50,892 bases of DNA from Promethearchaeota archaeon (GCA_004524535.1 SDNY01000008.1:1-50892); one strand, 5' to 3'. Positions 29,161 through 40,033 are shown, counted from the first letter of the stretch. Notes: a model not told the origin generated them from the sequence alone. Made by a program: numbers and translations.

Positions 29161-30132
29161 TTAAAATCTCAATCCGAATATTAAGGAGACAAAAATAATA
29201 CCAGCTAAGATATCAGCAGTAGTTCCAGGATTCATTTTACCTTGTTTGACTTGTAAAGTATTATCTAATTCTTTAATTAAATTTAAACCTTTATCGGAAG
29301 AAAGACCTCCTTCTTTTAGAATTTCTGATGCTTTTTCTGAAACATATAGTGCAGCGTCTAAACCTGATTTTCTAATAATTAACGTATCGGGATGTTCAGA
29401 TAAAATTTTCAGAAAAGTGTTAACCGTTGCGATATTTACATTTTTAGTTTGTGTAAAAACTTCTAAATAGTAGGGAAATCCTTCATTTAAAATGATATTA
29501 AAACATGTAGAATATTCAAGGCTTATTAAATCATAATTTTTTGAAATCTCAAATATTTTCTTAAGATTAATATTATCATTTTTAATATTTTTTATTGAAT
29601 TCTCGTCGTAAACATCATATTTATCTCTTCTTCCGAGCCCGCCAGGTTTACATATTCTAATGGCTTCATATAAATTAACTGTATCTTCTACAGTTGAGTC
29701 ATTAATTACTTTTTTAATTACATGAGCAAAATCCTTAAACTTAATAATTTTAAATTTTAAACAAATGGTGGCGGCAGCCGCTAAAGGAGCCAAAATTAAT
29801 ATATGACCTAATAGAACATTTCCTCCTTTTTGCCATTTTATCATCTCTTTGGCAGCTGCTTTAAAGAAATTCCCTAACTTTACAAAACTAAAATCTTGTT
29901 CCAGATTAGTAGAATTTTTATAAACTTTACCACAGAATTCTTTAAAATTAGGTTGAATTGCAGAAATTCCAGCTAAAAAATGTTCAAATCGAGTATCTTT
30001 AAAATCTTGTGTGCGGTGTACATTACCTGGTTTAGGCCAACCAGATATTTCTAATAAACTTGCTAGATTAATACATCTCATCAAATCATCTAGCGAATTA
30101 ATTGATAACTCGTTTTTTTCTTCTAATGGCAC
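29161..30132 (-). CDS. citG: triphosphoribosyl-dephospho-CoA synthase (CitG family)
   Basis: LLEISGWPKPGNVHR, NVLLGHILIL, PDTLIIRKSG, NPGTTAD. Confidence 0.88.
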   Translation of the reverse strand: MPLEEKNELSINSLDDLMRCINLASLLEISGWPKPGNVHRTQDFKDTRFEHFLAGISAIQPNFKEFCGKVYKNSTNLEQDFSFVKLGNFFKAAAKEMIKWQKGGNVLLGHILILAPLAAAATICLKFKIIKFKDFAHVIKKVINDSTVEDTVNLYEAIRICKPGGLGRRDKYDVYDENSIKNIKNDNINLKKIFEISKNYDLISLEYSTCFNIILNEGFPYYLEVFTQTKNVNIATVNTFLKILSEHPDTLIIRKSGLDAALYVSEKASEILKEGGLSSDKGLNLIKELDNTLQVKQGKMNPGTTADILAGIIFVSLIFGLRF

Positions 30133-30185
30133 GTTTTAATATAGTTTTTTAATAAAATTAATATTTATGAAGAAAAGCAGATTTA

Positions 30186-30494
30186 TTAATAATAAGTAAT
30201 CTCAGCTAATTTTTTCTCTTTTACAATATAGCCATCTTTTTCAGGATCAATATATGATATTGGCCTATAATCGCCATCAATTTTTTTTTTATATAGATAT
30301 TTCCTTATTCTTAATCTAATAATTCTTTTCGAAAAGTTTAATGGAGCCTCTATTTCAAGCTCATTGACATCTCGAATTATTTTAATCTGTGGCAATGCTT
30401 CTGATAGATATCTAATTAAATCAACAACAAAATGATCGCTTCTAAAGCTTAAATCTTTAACATCAATAAAGATTTGTTTAGTTTCTTCACTCAC
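30186..30494 (-). CDS. rpl22e: ribosomal protein eL22 homolog
   Basis: IFIDV...FSKRIIRLRIRKYLYKKKIDGDYR matches the eukaryotic eL22 pattern FSKRYLKYLTKKYLKK-x2-LRDWLR. Confidence 0.75.
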   Translation of the reverse strand: MSEETKQIFIDVKDLSFRSDHFVVDLIRYLSEALPQIKIIRDVNELEIEAPLNFSKRIIRLRIRKYLYKKKIDGDYRPISYIDPEKDGYIVKEKKLAEITYY

Positions 30495-30582
30495 TTTATA
30501 ATCACTCTTTTAGATAATTTATAATATTATAAAATTTTTATGGAAACATATCTTTCTTTTATAGTATATTAAAAAGCATTTA

Positions 30583-31875
30583 ATGGTGAATAAATTGGTG
30601 GATTATGTGGATTTAGATTATAAACCAAACGAGAACGATCTTATCGCTATGTATTACGTTGAGAAAGCTCCACAATGTAAAGATTTAGAAAATGCTAGCA
30701 TGGAAATTGCTAAAGAAAGTTCTATAGGAACTTGGACAGCCATTGCAACGATGTCTGCTGATATTGCTAATAGGCTTAAACCCTCTGTTTTTTATATCGA
30801 CTCAAAAAATCAAATTATTAAAATTGCATATACTAAGGAACTTTTTGAAGCTACTAATATGTCTCAAATTTTAAGTGCAATTGCTGGAAATATTTATGGA
30901 ATGAAAGCATTAAAAAATCTAAGATTATTAGACATAACATTTCCTCGAGATATTATTAAAGCTTACAAAGGCCCTAAATTTGGGATTGAAGGTATAAGAA
31001 AACTTACGAAAGTCGAAAAAAGACCACTTCTCGGAACAATTGTAAAACCTAAAGTTGGATTAAATGAAATTGAACACGCAAAAATTTGTGGAGAAGCATG
31101 GTCGGGAGGATTAGATATCGTAAAAGACGATGAAAATTTAACAAATATGACTTTCAATAATTTTGAGAGAAGAATCGAAGAAACTCTCAAAATACGCGAT
31201 AATGTAGAAAGTGAAACCGGCGAGAAAAAAATATATATGCCTAATATAACAGCACCACTCAGTATCATGAAGGAAAGAGCAGATTTTGTAATAAAACATG
31301 GCGGTGAATATGTAATGGTTGATATTTTAACAATTGGATTTTCGGCTTTGCAAGAAATAAGGGATTATCTAGATGATAAAAATATTGTGATTCACGCTCA
31401 TAGAGCTATGCATGCCGCTCTAACTCGAAATGTAAAGCATGGAATGACTATGTTAGCGCTTGCAAAATTGATGCGCTTGATTGGAATGGACCAACTTCAC
31501 ACAGGAACAGTTGTGGGGAAAATGGAAGGTGGTAAAAAAGAAGTTTTAGATATAAATAAAGTACTCACAGAACAAAAAATTTCAGATAATAATATTACTA
31601 CGCTTAATCAAGATTGGGGTAATATTAAACCAGTTCTCCCTGTGGCTTCGGGGGGATTAAGCCCTCTTCATGTTCCAGACCTTATTGAGATATTAGGTAA
31701 AGATTTGGTTTATCAATTTGGGGGAGGGTGTCATGGTCACCCTGATGGAACCAAAGCTGGCGCAAAAGCAATAAGGCAAGCTGTTGATGCAGTTTTAGAA
31801 GGCTCAGAATTAAAATTTTATGCCAAAAATAAACCCGAATTATCTAAAGCTATTAGTAAATGGGGTAAGAATTAA
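30583..31875 (+). CDS. rbcL: form III ribulose-1,5-bisphosphate carboxylase
   Basis: ESSIGTW, GTIVKPKVG, GLDIVKDDE, HAHRAMH, LHTGTVVGKMEG, ASGG, QFGGGCHGHPDG. Confidence 0.96.
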   Translation: MVNKLVDYVDLDYKPNENDLIAMYYVEKAPQCKDLENASMEIAKESSIGTWTAIATMSADIANRLKPSVFYIDSKNQIIKIAYTKELFEATNMSQILSAIAGNIYGMKALKNLRLLDITFPRDIIKAYKGPKFGIEGIRKLTKVEKRPLLGTIVKPKVGLNEIEHAKICGEAWSGGLDIVKDDENLTNMTFNNFERRIEETLKIRDNVESETGEKKIYMPNITAPLSIMKERADFVIKHGGEYVMVDILTIGFSALQEIRDYLDDKNIVIHAHRAMHAALTRNVKHGMTMLALAKLMRLIGMDQLHTGTVVGKMEGGKKEVLDINKVLTEQKISDNNITTLNQDWGNIKPVLPVASGGLSPLHVPDLIEILGKDLVYQFGGGCHGHPDGTKAGAKAIRQAVDAVLEGSELKFYAKNKPELSKAISKWGKN

Positions 31876-31885
31876 AAAACAATAT

Positions 31886-32821
31886 TTATTCAATCATATC
31901 TGGATATAATTTCGCAAAATAATTGGGTACATGACTTGAAGCAAAAATTCCAGCTTCGGTAATTAATCCGTCTATATATCTTCTACTTACTGTTTCAAAT
32001 GCAGGATTTAATATTTGTATTCCCTCTGGTGGTTTTTCCCATATTTCTTCTGGATCTCGCATTTCAATAGTTTCTAAAATTCCAAGATTAGTTTCAGGGT
32101 TGTATTTTAACAGGGGTGAACAGACATAGAACGGTATGTTTTCCTCGTGAGCTACTAGGGCTAATAATCTTGAACCAATTTTATTTAATACAGTCCCTTC
32201 TGAGGTAATCGAGTCTGCGCCTATTAATATTATATCAACTTGATAATGTCTTACTGCCCATCTCATTGCACTATCAACGACATGAATAACTTCTATACCA
32301 GCTTCTAATAATTCGTCTGCTGTTCTCCTACCCTGTAATCTAGGTTGCGTTTCAGTATTGATCACCTTAAAATTCTTTTTTTGCTTTTTAGCTTCTAATA
32401 GAATAGCTGTAACTAGAGTTGAGTGGCAATGAGTCATTACGATAAATTTTTCTTCAGTATCAGGAAACCGGCGAGCACCAATTTCGGCTATTTTTTTCTT
32501 CGATTCTTGAATAATTTCATTATATTGATTTTTATACCTTTCAATAATATCGGGAATTTCTTCTAAACAGCAATTTTCCTTTTCTTTTTCTAATTTACTC
32601 ATTAAAAATGTTAATCCATTTTTCATTGCGGGCTCTGTTGGTCTTGTATTCATCAAAATCTCTCTTGCTTTATATAGATTATCGATACAACTCTCAATAT
32701 CAGTACATTTTAATCTTTTAGCATAATTGCTTAAAAAATCTATGGCATTTAGAGCTACATTTGTTGCTCCTTGAATTTCTAAAGATTTTATTCTTTCAGC
32801 ATCTTTTAACAATTGTTCCAT
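31886..32821 (-). CDS. ribose-1,5-bisphosphate isomerase (eIF-2B-like family)
   Basis: EIQGATNVA, RPTEP, MTHCHS, TETQPRLQG, GADSIT, NKIGS, NPAFE; adjacent to RuBisCO. Confidence 0.9.
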   Translation of the reverse strand: MEQLLKDAERIKSLEIQGATNVALNAIDFLSNYAKRLKCTDIESCIDNLYKAREILMNTRPTEPAMKNGLTFLMSKLEKEKENCCLEEIPDIIERYKNQYNEIIQESKKKIAEIGARRFPDTEEKFIVMTHCHSTLVTAILLEAKKQKKNFKVINTETQPRLQGRRTADELLEAGIEVIHVVDSAMRWAVRHYQVDIILIGADSITSEGTVLNKIGSRLLALVAHEENIPFYVCSPLLKYNPETNLGILETIEMRDPEEIWEKPPEGIQILNPAFETVSRRYIDGLITEAGIFASSHVPNYFAKLYPDMIE

Positions 32822-32895
32822 ATTAAATCACAAAAATTTTTTTCTGTTATGATAATAGTAATTAATTAATAAAAAGAATGTCAGATTTGAAGATT

Positions 32896-33087
32896 TTATT
32901 CTTCATCAAATTCTATTTCATCGTCTAGCTTAAAATCGTTCGGATCAACTTCAATATAAACCCTACCTATATAACCACAATCTTGATCAATGCATTCATA
33001 TAAATCTGGGGCTAGCCATCCACTAACGTTCGTAGCGTTTCTTAACGTGGGTTTTTTACATTTTGGACATAATATAAATTTAGTCAT
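32896..33087 (-). CDS. small zinc-ribbon protein
   Basis: CPKC...SGWLAPDLYEC-x4-CGYIG; acidic tail. Confidence 0.8.
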   Translation of the reverse strand: MTKFILCPKCKKPTLRNATNVSGWLAPDLYECIDQDCGYIGRVYIEVDPNDFKLDDEIEFDEE

Positions 33088-33231
33088 CCATATTTCACGA
33101 AATTTTGTATCAATACAATTATCTCTTTAAATAAAATTATTCGATATAACAATTAAATATTAATCTACTTTATAATAAAAATGTATTAGAGATAATCTTA
33201 TGAATTCTATTTTTTGAATATTGCTGAAAAT

Positions 33232-35055
33232 ATGACTGATTTGGAATTAGAGAGGAAGAGTTTACCAAATGAACCAGGAGTTTATTTTTTTAAAGATTCA
33301 AATGAAGATATTATTTATATAGGTAAGGCTCGCAATCTTAGAAAAAGAGTCTCACAATATTTTGTAAAATCGAGCTATATTGATCCTTATTATGAAGAAA
33401 AAATTAAAGATTTAGTGAAAAGGATAAAATCGATTGAATTTATCGTTACTGATAATGAAAAAGAAGCTTCAATACTGGAAAATATTCAAATAAAAAAGCA
33501 TCTACCTCGCTACAATGTAATTATGCGAGATTCTAAATCTTATCCATGGGTAGCAATTTTCTACTCGGAGGAATTTCCACGAATTCGAATAATTAGAAAT
33601 CCGCAGTGGTTTTCTCAAGAAAATCTTTTTTTAGGTCCATATACAGATAAAAAAGAAATTAGGAGAATATTGAGAGATTTAAGAAAAATATTTCCATATT
33701 GTTCTTGCAAAAATAAGGTAAGGAAAAAAGAAAGACCATGCTTATATTATCAGTTAAAACTTTGTCCTGGTCCATGTATTGATGCTATAAGTAAAGAAGA
33801 TTATTTAGCAAATGTAAAAAAAATTGAACTCTTTTTAAAAGGTGAAACTGAAGAATTAATGAACCAGATAAAAAAAAAAATGGAGATTTCTGCCGAGGCA
33901 CAGAATTATGAGATAGCTGCTCATTGGAGAGATAAGCTCGAAGCTATTGAGCACTCAACGGTGAGTCAACATGTATTATTAGATCATGAAATTAACAAGG
34001 ACATTATTAGTTATTTTTATGAAAAAAATTATGCTGCTTTAGTAATTATTCATATTCATGAAGGGAAAATTACAAATAAAAGTTCATTTAAGTTAGATTT
34101 AAGAGATAAAGTGATTCAAAAAACAAAAATATTAGCTTCTTTTTTAGAACAATATTATCAAGATTTTAAATTTAATCTACCTGAAAATATTGTAATTCCA
34201 GAATTATATAATGGAGTTAATATTTTAAAAGAAATTCTAAAAGAAACCAAAATTGATCTCCAAATTAGAACTCCCTTAGATGATGAAATACCGTTAATGC
34301 GCATAGCGAAAAAGAATGCAAGAGTAATGGTCAATCAACAAATAGAAATGGAAAAAATTAAACAGAAAGAAGAGGACCAAATTAAAAAGACGTTAGAATT
34401 AGCAAAAGAAGTTCTAAAACTACCAAAAATACCAAGAATCATTGAAGGATTTGATATTTCCAATATTGAAGGAACCGATGCAACCGGTTCATTAGTATAC
34501 TTTCTTGAAGGAAGTCCTTATAATAAAAATTATCGCTATTTTAAAATTCGTTCTAAATCAACGCCCGACGATGTTGCGATGATGAAAGAAGTTATTGAAA
34601 GGAGATATACTAAAGTTTTGGAGAGAGGTTGGGAATTACCTGATTTAATATTAGTTGATGGAGGCAAAGGTCAATTAAATGCCGCAATTAGCGTTTTAGA
34701 TGATCTAAGTATTAAAAATCTTCCTATTATAGGTTTAGCAAAAAAAAATGAAGAAATATTCTTACCGGGAGAGAAAGAATCAATTGTTCTACCTAAAACT
34801 TCTCCAGTTTTGAAATTATTTCAAAGAGTTAGAGATGAGGCCCATAGATTTGCTGTAAAATTACATAAAAAGCAGAGAGAAAAGCGAATGAGGGATTCTA
34901 TTTTAGACGATATTAAGGGCATTGGTCCAGCTACAAGAAATAAGTTATTAAAACACTTTGGAAGTGTTGAGGGTTTAAAGAGAGCATCTTACGACGAAAT
35001 TTTACGAGTTGTCGGAAGTAAAATCGCTGAAATCTTAGTCAAAAATTTAAAATGA
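33232..35055 (+). CDS. uvrC: excinuclease ABC subunit C
   Basis: GIY-YIG (PGVYFF...YIGKARNLRKRV), CLYYQLKLCPGPC, UVR domain, IEGFDIS, PDLILVDGGKGQL, RDEAHRFA, HhH. ATG at 33232; alternative TTG at 33214. Confidence 0.96.
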   Translation: MTDLELERKSLPNEPGVYFFKDSNEDIIYIGKARNLRKRVSQYFVKSSYIDPYYEEKIKDLVKRIKSIEFIVTDNEKEASILENIQIKKHLPRYNVIMRDSKSYPWVAIFYSEEFPRIRIIRNPQWFSQENLFLGPYTDKKEIRRILRDLRKIFPYCSCKNKVRKKERPCLYYQLKLCPGPCIDAISKEDYLANVKKIELFLKGETEELMNQIKKKMEISAEAQNYEIAAHWRDKLEAIEHSTVSQHVLLDHEINKDIISYFYEKNYAALVIIHIHEGKITNKSSFKLDLRDKVIQKTKILASFLEQYYQDFKFNLPENIVIPELYNGVNILKEILKETKIDLQIRTPLDDEIPLMRIAKKNARVMVNQQIEMEKIKQKEEDQIKKTLELAKEVLKLPKIPRIIEGFDISNIEGTDATGSLVYFLEGSPYNKNYRYFKIRSKSTPDDVAMMKEVIERRYTKVLERGWELPDLILVDGGKGQLNAAISVLDDLSIKNLPIIGLAKKNEEIFLPGEKESIVLPKTSPVLKLFQRVRDEAHRFAVKLHKKQREKRMRDSILDDIKGIGPATRNKLLKHFGSVEGLKRASYDEILRVVGSKIAEILVKNLK

Positions 35056-35107
35056 TTTAAGAATCTAATATAAATTAATCGTCAAATTAAATAAGAGTTA
35101 TTAATCG

Positions 35108-36193
35108 ATGCCGGAAAACCGAAAAAAACCGCTTTTGTTTGAAAAATACCCAGACCTTGAAGCGAATATTCCTTGGATAAAACTTGCTCCCTTAAGAACT
35201 CCCGTTAAAAAGTTAACCATCTTAGAAAAAAAATTAGGGATTAACTCACTCTGGGTAAAATGCGACAACTTAACTTCACCTTTATACGGAGGAAATAAGG
35301 TTCGAAAATTTGAGTTTCTTCTAGCAGACGCTAAAGATAAAGGGTATAAAAAGGTTATGACAGCAGGTGGTCTTGGTTCCAACCATTGTGTAGCAACCGC
35401 AACATTTTGCAATCAATTGAACTTGAAGCCTTCTGCAGTCTTAGCTGATCAACCTATAACTAGTCATGTGAGAAATAACTTATTACTTGATTTGTATTTC
35501 AAAAACGAAATTATCTATACAGATGAATATGATAAAGTTCCAAGAGATCCCAATGTTTATTACATGGTTCCCGGAGGAAGCACTCCTCTTGGAAATCTAG
35601 GTTTTGTAAATGCAGCACTTGAACTAAAAAATCAAATAAATAATGGAGATATACCAGAACCAGATTATTTATTTGTTGCGAGTGGATCCTCAGGTACAGC
35701 AGCAGGCCTATTGTTAGGATTGAAAATTGCTGAATTAAAAACAAAACTACACTCTATACAGACGTCTTTCGCACCTTATTGTAGCTTTAATGCGGTGCGT
35801 AGATTGGCAAAAAAAACATGGAAACTTCTAGCTAAATACTATAATTCAATTCCTAAGGCACCTATCGAGCAATTAAATTTTAACGACGATTATTTTGGAG
35901 GTGAATACGGCTTGCCAACGCAAGAAGCTATCGAGGCTGTTAAGCTTATAAAAGAAACAGAGGATATTACACTTGAAACAACTTATACAGGAAAGACGTT
36001 CGCTGCATTATTGGGATTTGTCCAAACTAATAAGAAGAAGAAAATCAAAGATAAAACAATATTATTCTGGAATACCTATAATAGTCGAGATTTTTCAGAT
36101 ATTTTAACGAAATTAGATTATCATGACTTACCACAAGAAATCCATTGGGTTTTTGAAAATCCATTACCAGATTTTGGATTAGAAAAAAATTAA
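35108..36193 (+). CDS. PLP-dependent D-cysteine desulfhydrase/ACC deaminase family protein
   Basis: VKCD-x5-YGGNKVRKFEF, SNH, PGGS, ASGSSGTAAGL, LETTYTGK. Confidence 0.92.
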   Translation: MPENRKKPLLFEKYPDLEANIPWIKLAPLRTPVKKLTILEKKLGINSLWVKCDNLTSPLYGGNKVRKFEFLLADAKDKGYKKVMTAGGLGSNHCVATATFCNQLNLKPSAVLADQPITSHVRNNLLLDLYFKNEIIYTDEYDKVPRDPNVYYMVPGGSTPLGNLGFVNAALELKNQINNGDIPEPDYLFVASGSSGTAAGLLLGLKIAELKTKLHSIQTSFAPYCSFNAVRRLAKKTWKLLAKYYNSIPKAPIEQLNFNDDYFGGEYGLPTQEAIEAVKLIKETEDITLETTYTGKTFAALLGFVQTNKKKKIKDKTILFWNTYNSRDFSDILTKLDYHDLPQEIHWVFENPLPDFGLEKN

Positions 36194-36292
36194 TAAATAA
36201 GGTTATAATTTTAAATAGTATTAAAATTAAATATTAACAATATCTATTAAAAAAATAAAAATTTAGAAAATACTAAAAAGAGGTCGATTTAA

Positions 36293-36745
36293 ATGGCTAT
36301 GGGAAAAACAGGCGGTATTTTAATGCTTGTGTCACTTTTTCTCCCCGTATGGATGGTTTATATTTCAATTGAAATCTTGGGTATTGATATTTCATTCAAT
36401 TTGATCTATTGGCTTTTTGGATTTTATATTATAACGGGTCTATTTGCTGGCACGAGTGTGATGTTAGTCGGATTCCAAATTGATATAGTTTCATTAATAA
36501 TTTTTGGAGCAATATTAGCATTTTCAATTGTAGCTATTATTAAAGAGGGAACAACCCAGATGGTTATGGGAATATGTGCTTTAGGCGCAATGGCTGCATA
36601 CTTAATATTTTTTGATCTAGGATACGGATTTGGCTTAATGTTGGGAATATGGGATCTAGAGGTCCAGGTAATGCCAATTGGGGGAGCTCTTTGCCTAATT
36701 GGAGCTAGTTTAGCAATCTGGGGCGGAGCAAAAACTAGAATGTAA
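36293..36745 (+). CDS. hypothetical integral membrane protein
   Basis: 150 aa, mostly hydrophobic; GAGGT SD upstream. Confidence 0.75.
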   Translation: MAMGKTGGILMLVSLFLPVWMVYISIEILGIDISFNLIYWLFGFYIITGLFAGTSVMLVGFQIDIVSLIIFGAILAFSIVAIIKEGTTQMVMGICALGAMAAYLIFFDLGYGFGLMLGIWDLEVQVMPIGGALCLIGASLAIWGGAKTRM

Positions 36746-36903
36746 TATTAAATGAATTTAATAAATATTTTTTTTAATTTTTTTTTTTCTGCACTTTTTC
36801 TTTTAAACATATGAATGAACTATAAATAAAACAGAAAGCTATATTCGTGTAGAACTATTAGCCCCAATCTTATTCTGTCATTTCGGCGGGCTTATTTTCC
36901 CTT

Positions 36904-37704
36904 TTAATAATAGTTTATTTTGATGTCTTCATTGTTAATTATAGCTTTAAATTTTTCGGCAATCTCTTTCTTTCTATCCTCATCTATAGCATAAACAAAA
37001 TATTGTGCCGGTATTCTTGCGATAGAGTAAACTTGTACGAAGTCTGGTTTAATTTTTTTAATCATATAAGCCAATTTCTTAATATTTTCTGGATTATTGT
37101 TAGATAAGAATTCTTTTTTATAAGAATTATAAATAAGACATTGTAATGCTAATTTATGATCAATTCGCATTTCTTTTCTTAATTTTATAATAGAATCGAT
37201 TATCGTTTTTAGTTTAGGGGTGTCTTTATGTGGACAATTAGTTCTTTTAAAATCTTCCTCAGTCGCAACATCTAATTTCGCTAAAACTAATTCAAATTGC
37301 TTAACCCTTTCTCTCACTTCATCTAGATATAATGTACTAGAATTTGTAAATAATGTTAATTTTGGTTTACGTTCGGTCCATTCTAATTGATTTCTTACAT
37401 TAATAGCTATTTTAAGGAAATCTAACAGATCTACATTGAGAGTAGGCTCACCATTATACCCGAAAGTAATTGAATTTAAATGCGGCACGTATTTTAATAT
37501 AGAGTGTAGTTCTTTTTGAAAATTGATTGTTGGCTTTATACTTATTTTATATTCCGGAGAAACCAACTGATCTTTACTAGTAATTCCTAATTCACAGTAT
37601 GCGCAATTATATGTACATATTTTGGTCTTTGATAAAACATTAACTCCAAGTGAAAGGTTCAAGCGCCTAGATTGAAATGGGCCATATGTATATTCTCTTG
37701 GCAT
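36904..37704 (-). CDS. radical SAM protein
   Basis: YGPFQSRRLNLSLGVN, CTYNCAYC, GEPTL, FTNSS, KLD. Confidence 0.9.
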   Translation of the reverse strand: MPREYTYGPFQSRRLNLSLGVNVLSKTKICTYNCAYCELGITSKDQLVSPEYKISIKPTINFQKELHSILKYVPHLNSITFGYNGEPTLNVDLLDFLKIAINVRNQLEWTERKPKLTLFTNSSTLYLDEVRERVKQFELVLAKLDVATEEDFKRTNCPHKDTPKLKTIIDSIIKLRKEMRIDHKLALQCLIYNSYKKEFLSNNNPENIKKLAYMIKKIKPDFVQVYSIARIPAQYFVYAIDEDRKKEIAEKFKAIINNEDIKINYY

Positions 37705-37721
37705 ATTTTTATTTAATTTTT

Positions 37722-38486
37722 TTACAAATTATTCTCAATAAACTCTTCTATCGCTTTATTTAACTCGTTAGGCTTTTCAAGCATGACCATATGTCCAGCA
37801 TCTTTGATAACAACTAATTTTGAATCTTTTATTTTATCTTTAAAATATTGCGAGTATTTTACTGGTGTTAATTTATCTTCATTTCCACAAACTATTAAAC
37901 AAGGCACGTTAATCGAAGCTACTTTATCCATTACATCAAAATTGTCACAAATTTTAAAATCTGCATATGTTACTTCAGGTTTAGTCTTTGCGGTCTCAAT
38001 TACAAGAGCTTCTTTTATTTCTTTTGGAGTTTTTCTATAAAATGCTCCTATAGGTAATCCATTTAAAAATTCTTGATAATTATTCTTTAAAGAATTGAGG
38101 ATCATAGGACTTACGCGTAATCTTGCACCTGTGCCGCAAAGGATTAAAGCGGAAACCTCCTTTCGATTTTTAAAAAAATATTCTTGGACTATTGCGCCTC
38201 CTAATGAATGTCCACATAAGACTATTTTTTTAAGTTTTAAGAAATCAACAAGCTTTTTAATGACATCTAAATATAAATCGAGGGATAATTCTGGAAAATC
38301 ATCTGATTCTGCATGGGAAGGTAAATCAATCGCTATTAGGGTATAATTAAGATTTAGGTCATTAAGTTGTCCTTTCCAGACAATTGAGTTTTCTCCAGAA
38401 CCATGTATAAAAATAATCGCTTTATTTTCTTCCTTTTCATTAATTTGATAATAAATCTTTTTTCCATTATATTCCAAGTGGGGCAT
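37722..38486 (-). CDS. alpha/beta-fold hydrolase
   Basis: FIHGSG, GHSLGG nucleophile elbow, GNEDKLTP, AGHMVMLE. Confidence 0.93.
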   Translation of the reverse strand: MPHLEYNGKKIYYQINEKEENKAIIFIHGSGENSIVWKGQLNDLNLNYTLIAIDLPSHAESDDFPELSLDLYLDVIKKLVDFLKLKKIVLCGHSLGGAIVQEYFFKNRKEVSALILCGTGARLRVSPMILNSLKNNYQEFLNGLPIGAFYRKTPKEIKEALVIETAKTKPEVTYADFKICDNFDVMDKVASINVPCLIVCGNEDKLTPVKYSQYFKDKIKDSKLVVIKDAGHMVMLEKPNELNKAIEEFIENNL

Positions 38487-38596
38487 GACTCACACTATTT
38501 ATTATTTTAATTTAATTTTAATTTCGATTAAATAAAAAGATATATTGAAAATATTATTTATCATTACGTATTAGATACAATTAAGGTGATTGTATA

Positions 38597-39925
38597 ATGA
38601 CAGAAGTATTTATTGTTGATACCACTCAAGGATTAAAATCCGCTGTAAACCAATTATTTTCAAACATCGAGAAATCTGGTCCTGTTTTAAAAAGTTCTAA
38701 AGAAGTTTATATTAAAGTCAATGGAATCGATTTTAAGAAACATGCTTATACTTCTCCAGAAGTTTTAGAAGCTGTAATTGAATATCTTAAAAATATTGGT
38801 GGAAATGTTTATGTAATGGAAAACTCTACTCAAGCAAACATGACTAGGGTTGTTTTTGCTATTAATGGTGTTAAAGAGGTATGTAAGAAGACGGGAGCAG
38901 AAATCATACATTTAGACGAAGAAGATACTAAAACATTTGATTTTAAAGGAAAACCCTCATCGAAAGATGATCCTAAAGGATACAATTTAAAGACATTTAG
39001 AATGCCAATAACAATCGCCAAAATTATAGAAAATAGAGACAAATTTACTTACATCAATTTGCCAAAACTTAAAACTCATTCAATGGCAAGAGTGACACTT
39101 GGCATAAAGAACCAATGGGGTTATCCCCAACATGAAGACCGAGGTAAGGACCATAACTATAATTTACATTCAAAATTAGTTGATGTATATGAATACATTA
39201 AGCCGGATATAACAATTATTGATGGAATTGAAGGAACAATTCATGGACATTACCCTCCTACAGCATGGGAAGATCGACTCGTTAAGCAATTTAATATCTT
39301 AATTGGAGGAAGGGATACGTTAGCCGTTGATGTTGTTGGAGCAAGAGTTTTTGGTTTAACTATAGATGAAATTCCCCATTTAGAAATAGCTCACAAGCGA
39401 GGATTAGGTGAAGGAGATTTGAGTAAGATCAATGTTATCGGAAAAAATTTGGAGGAATATAAAGAAAAATATGAATGGGATCTATTACAGAAATTTCCTG
39501 AAAACGTTAAAATCGTAAAAGGTAAGGATTTGTTATGTAGAGAAGGGTGTCAGAATAACCCATTAGTGCTTTTACAAATACTCGCATACGATTATCCTGA
39601 CAAGTTTAAGGGAGGATGGTTTATTATAATGGGGAAAGGATTTGATGAGGATCTTGCAGATCAATTAAAGGTTGAAGGCTATAAGAAAGGCCTCGTGGCA
39701 GGTTATTGTGCTATAAATGAAGTTGGTGAAAAACTTAGAAGTGAATTTGGTAAAAGAAAGGTATTTTTTTCTGGAGATTGCAATAATTTGGCGGAAACTG
39801 CAAAAGCAGAATTTAAATTATCGGGTGTAAGTCCATTTGATTTAGTTCCAATTCCAATTCAAGAATTAATGATACTCCTTGAAGCCGCCCGAGATCATGG
39901 TAGTAAAGCGTTAGTTCCATTGTAG
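38597..39925 (+). CDS. DUF362 domain Fe-S-associated protein
   Basis: TSPEVLEAVI, INLPKLKTH, TLGIKNQWG, PDITIIDG, AVD, CREGC. Confidence 0.88.
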   Translation: MTEVFIVDTTQGLKSAVNQLFSNIEKSGPVLKSSKEVYIKVNGIDFKKHAYTSPEVLEAVIEYLKNIGGNVYVMENSTQANMTRVVFAINGVKEVCKKTGAEIIHLDEEDTKTFDFKGKPSSKDDPKGYNLKTFRMPITIAKIIENRDKFTYINLPKLKTHSMARVTLGIKNQWGYPQHEDRGKDHNYNLHSKLVDVYEYIKPDITIIDGIEGTIHGHYPPTAWEDRLVKQFNILIGGRDTLAVDVVGARVFGLTIDEIPHLEIAHKRGLGEGDLSKINVIGKNLEEYKEKYEWDLLQKFPENVKIVKGKDLLCREGCQNNPLVLLQILAYDYPDKFKGGWFIIMGKGFDEDLADQLKVEGYKKGLVAGYCAINEVGEKLRSEFGKRKVFFSGDCNNLAETAKAEFKLSGVSPFDLVPIPIQELMILLEAARDHGSKALVPL

Positions 39926-40033
39926 GATCATCAAATTGATGTGATTAATGTGAGAAATCTAATTATTAAAATGAATTCATAAGAGAATTAAAAAAAAAAT
40001 TATATAATAGTTTACACTATTAATTAAATTGTA

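Noticed and set aside
31886-32821. Calling this gene translation factor eIF-2B or MtnA
   Set aside because: Adjacency to form III RuBisCO and the RPTEP/THCHS motifs fit ribose-1,5-bisphosphate isomerase better.
36835-36900. GC-enriched hairpin (AGCCC...GGGCT) after the radical SAM gene, considered as a SECIS or small RNA
   Set aside because: The stem is short, there is no convincing SECIS core, and no in-frame UGA selenoprotein candidate lies nearby. It is more likely a terminator-region structure.
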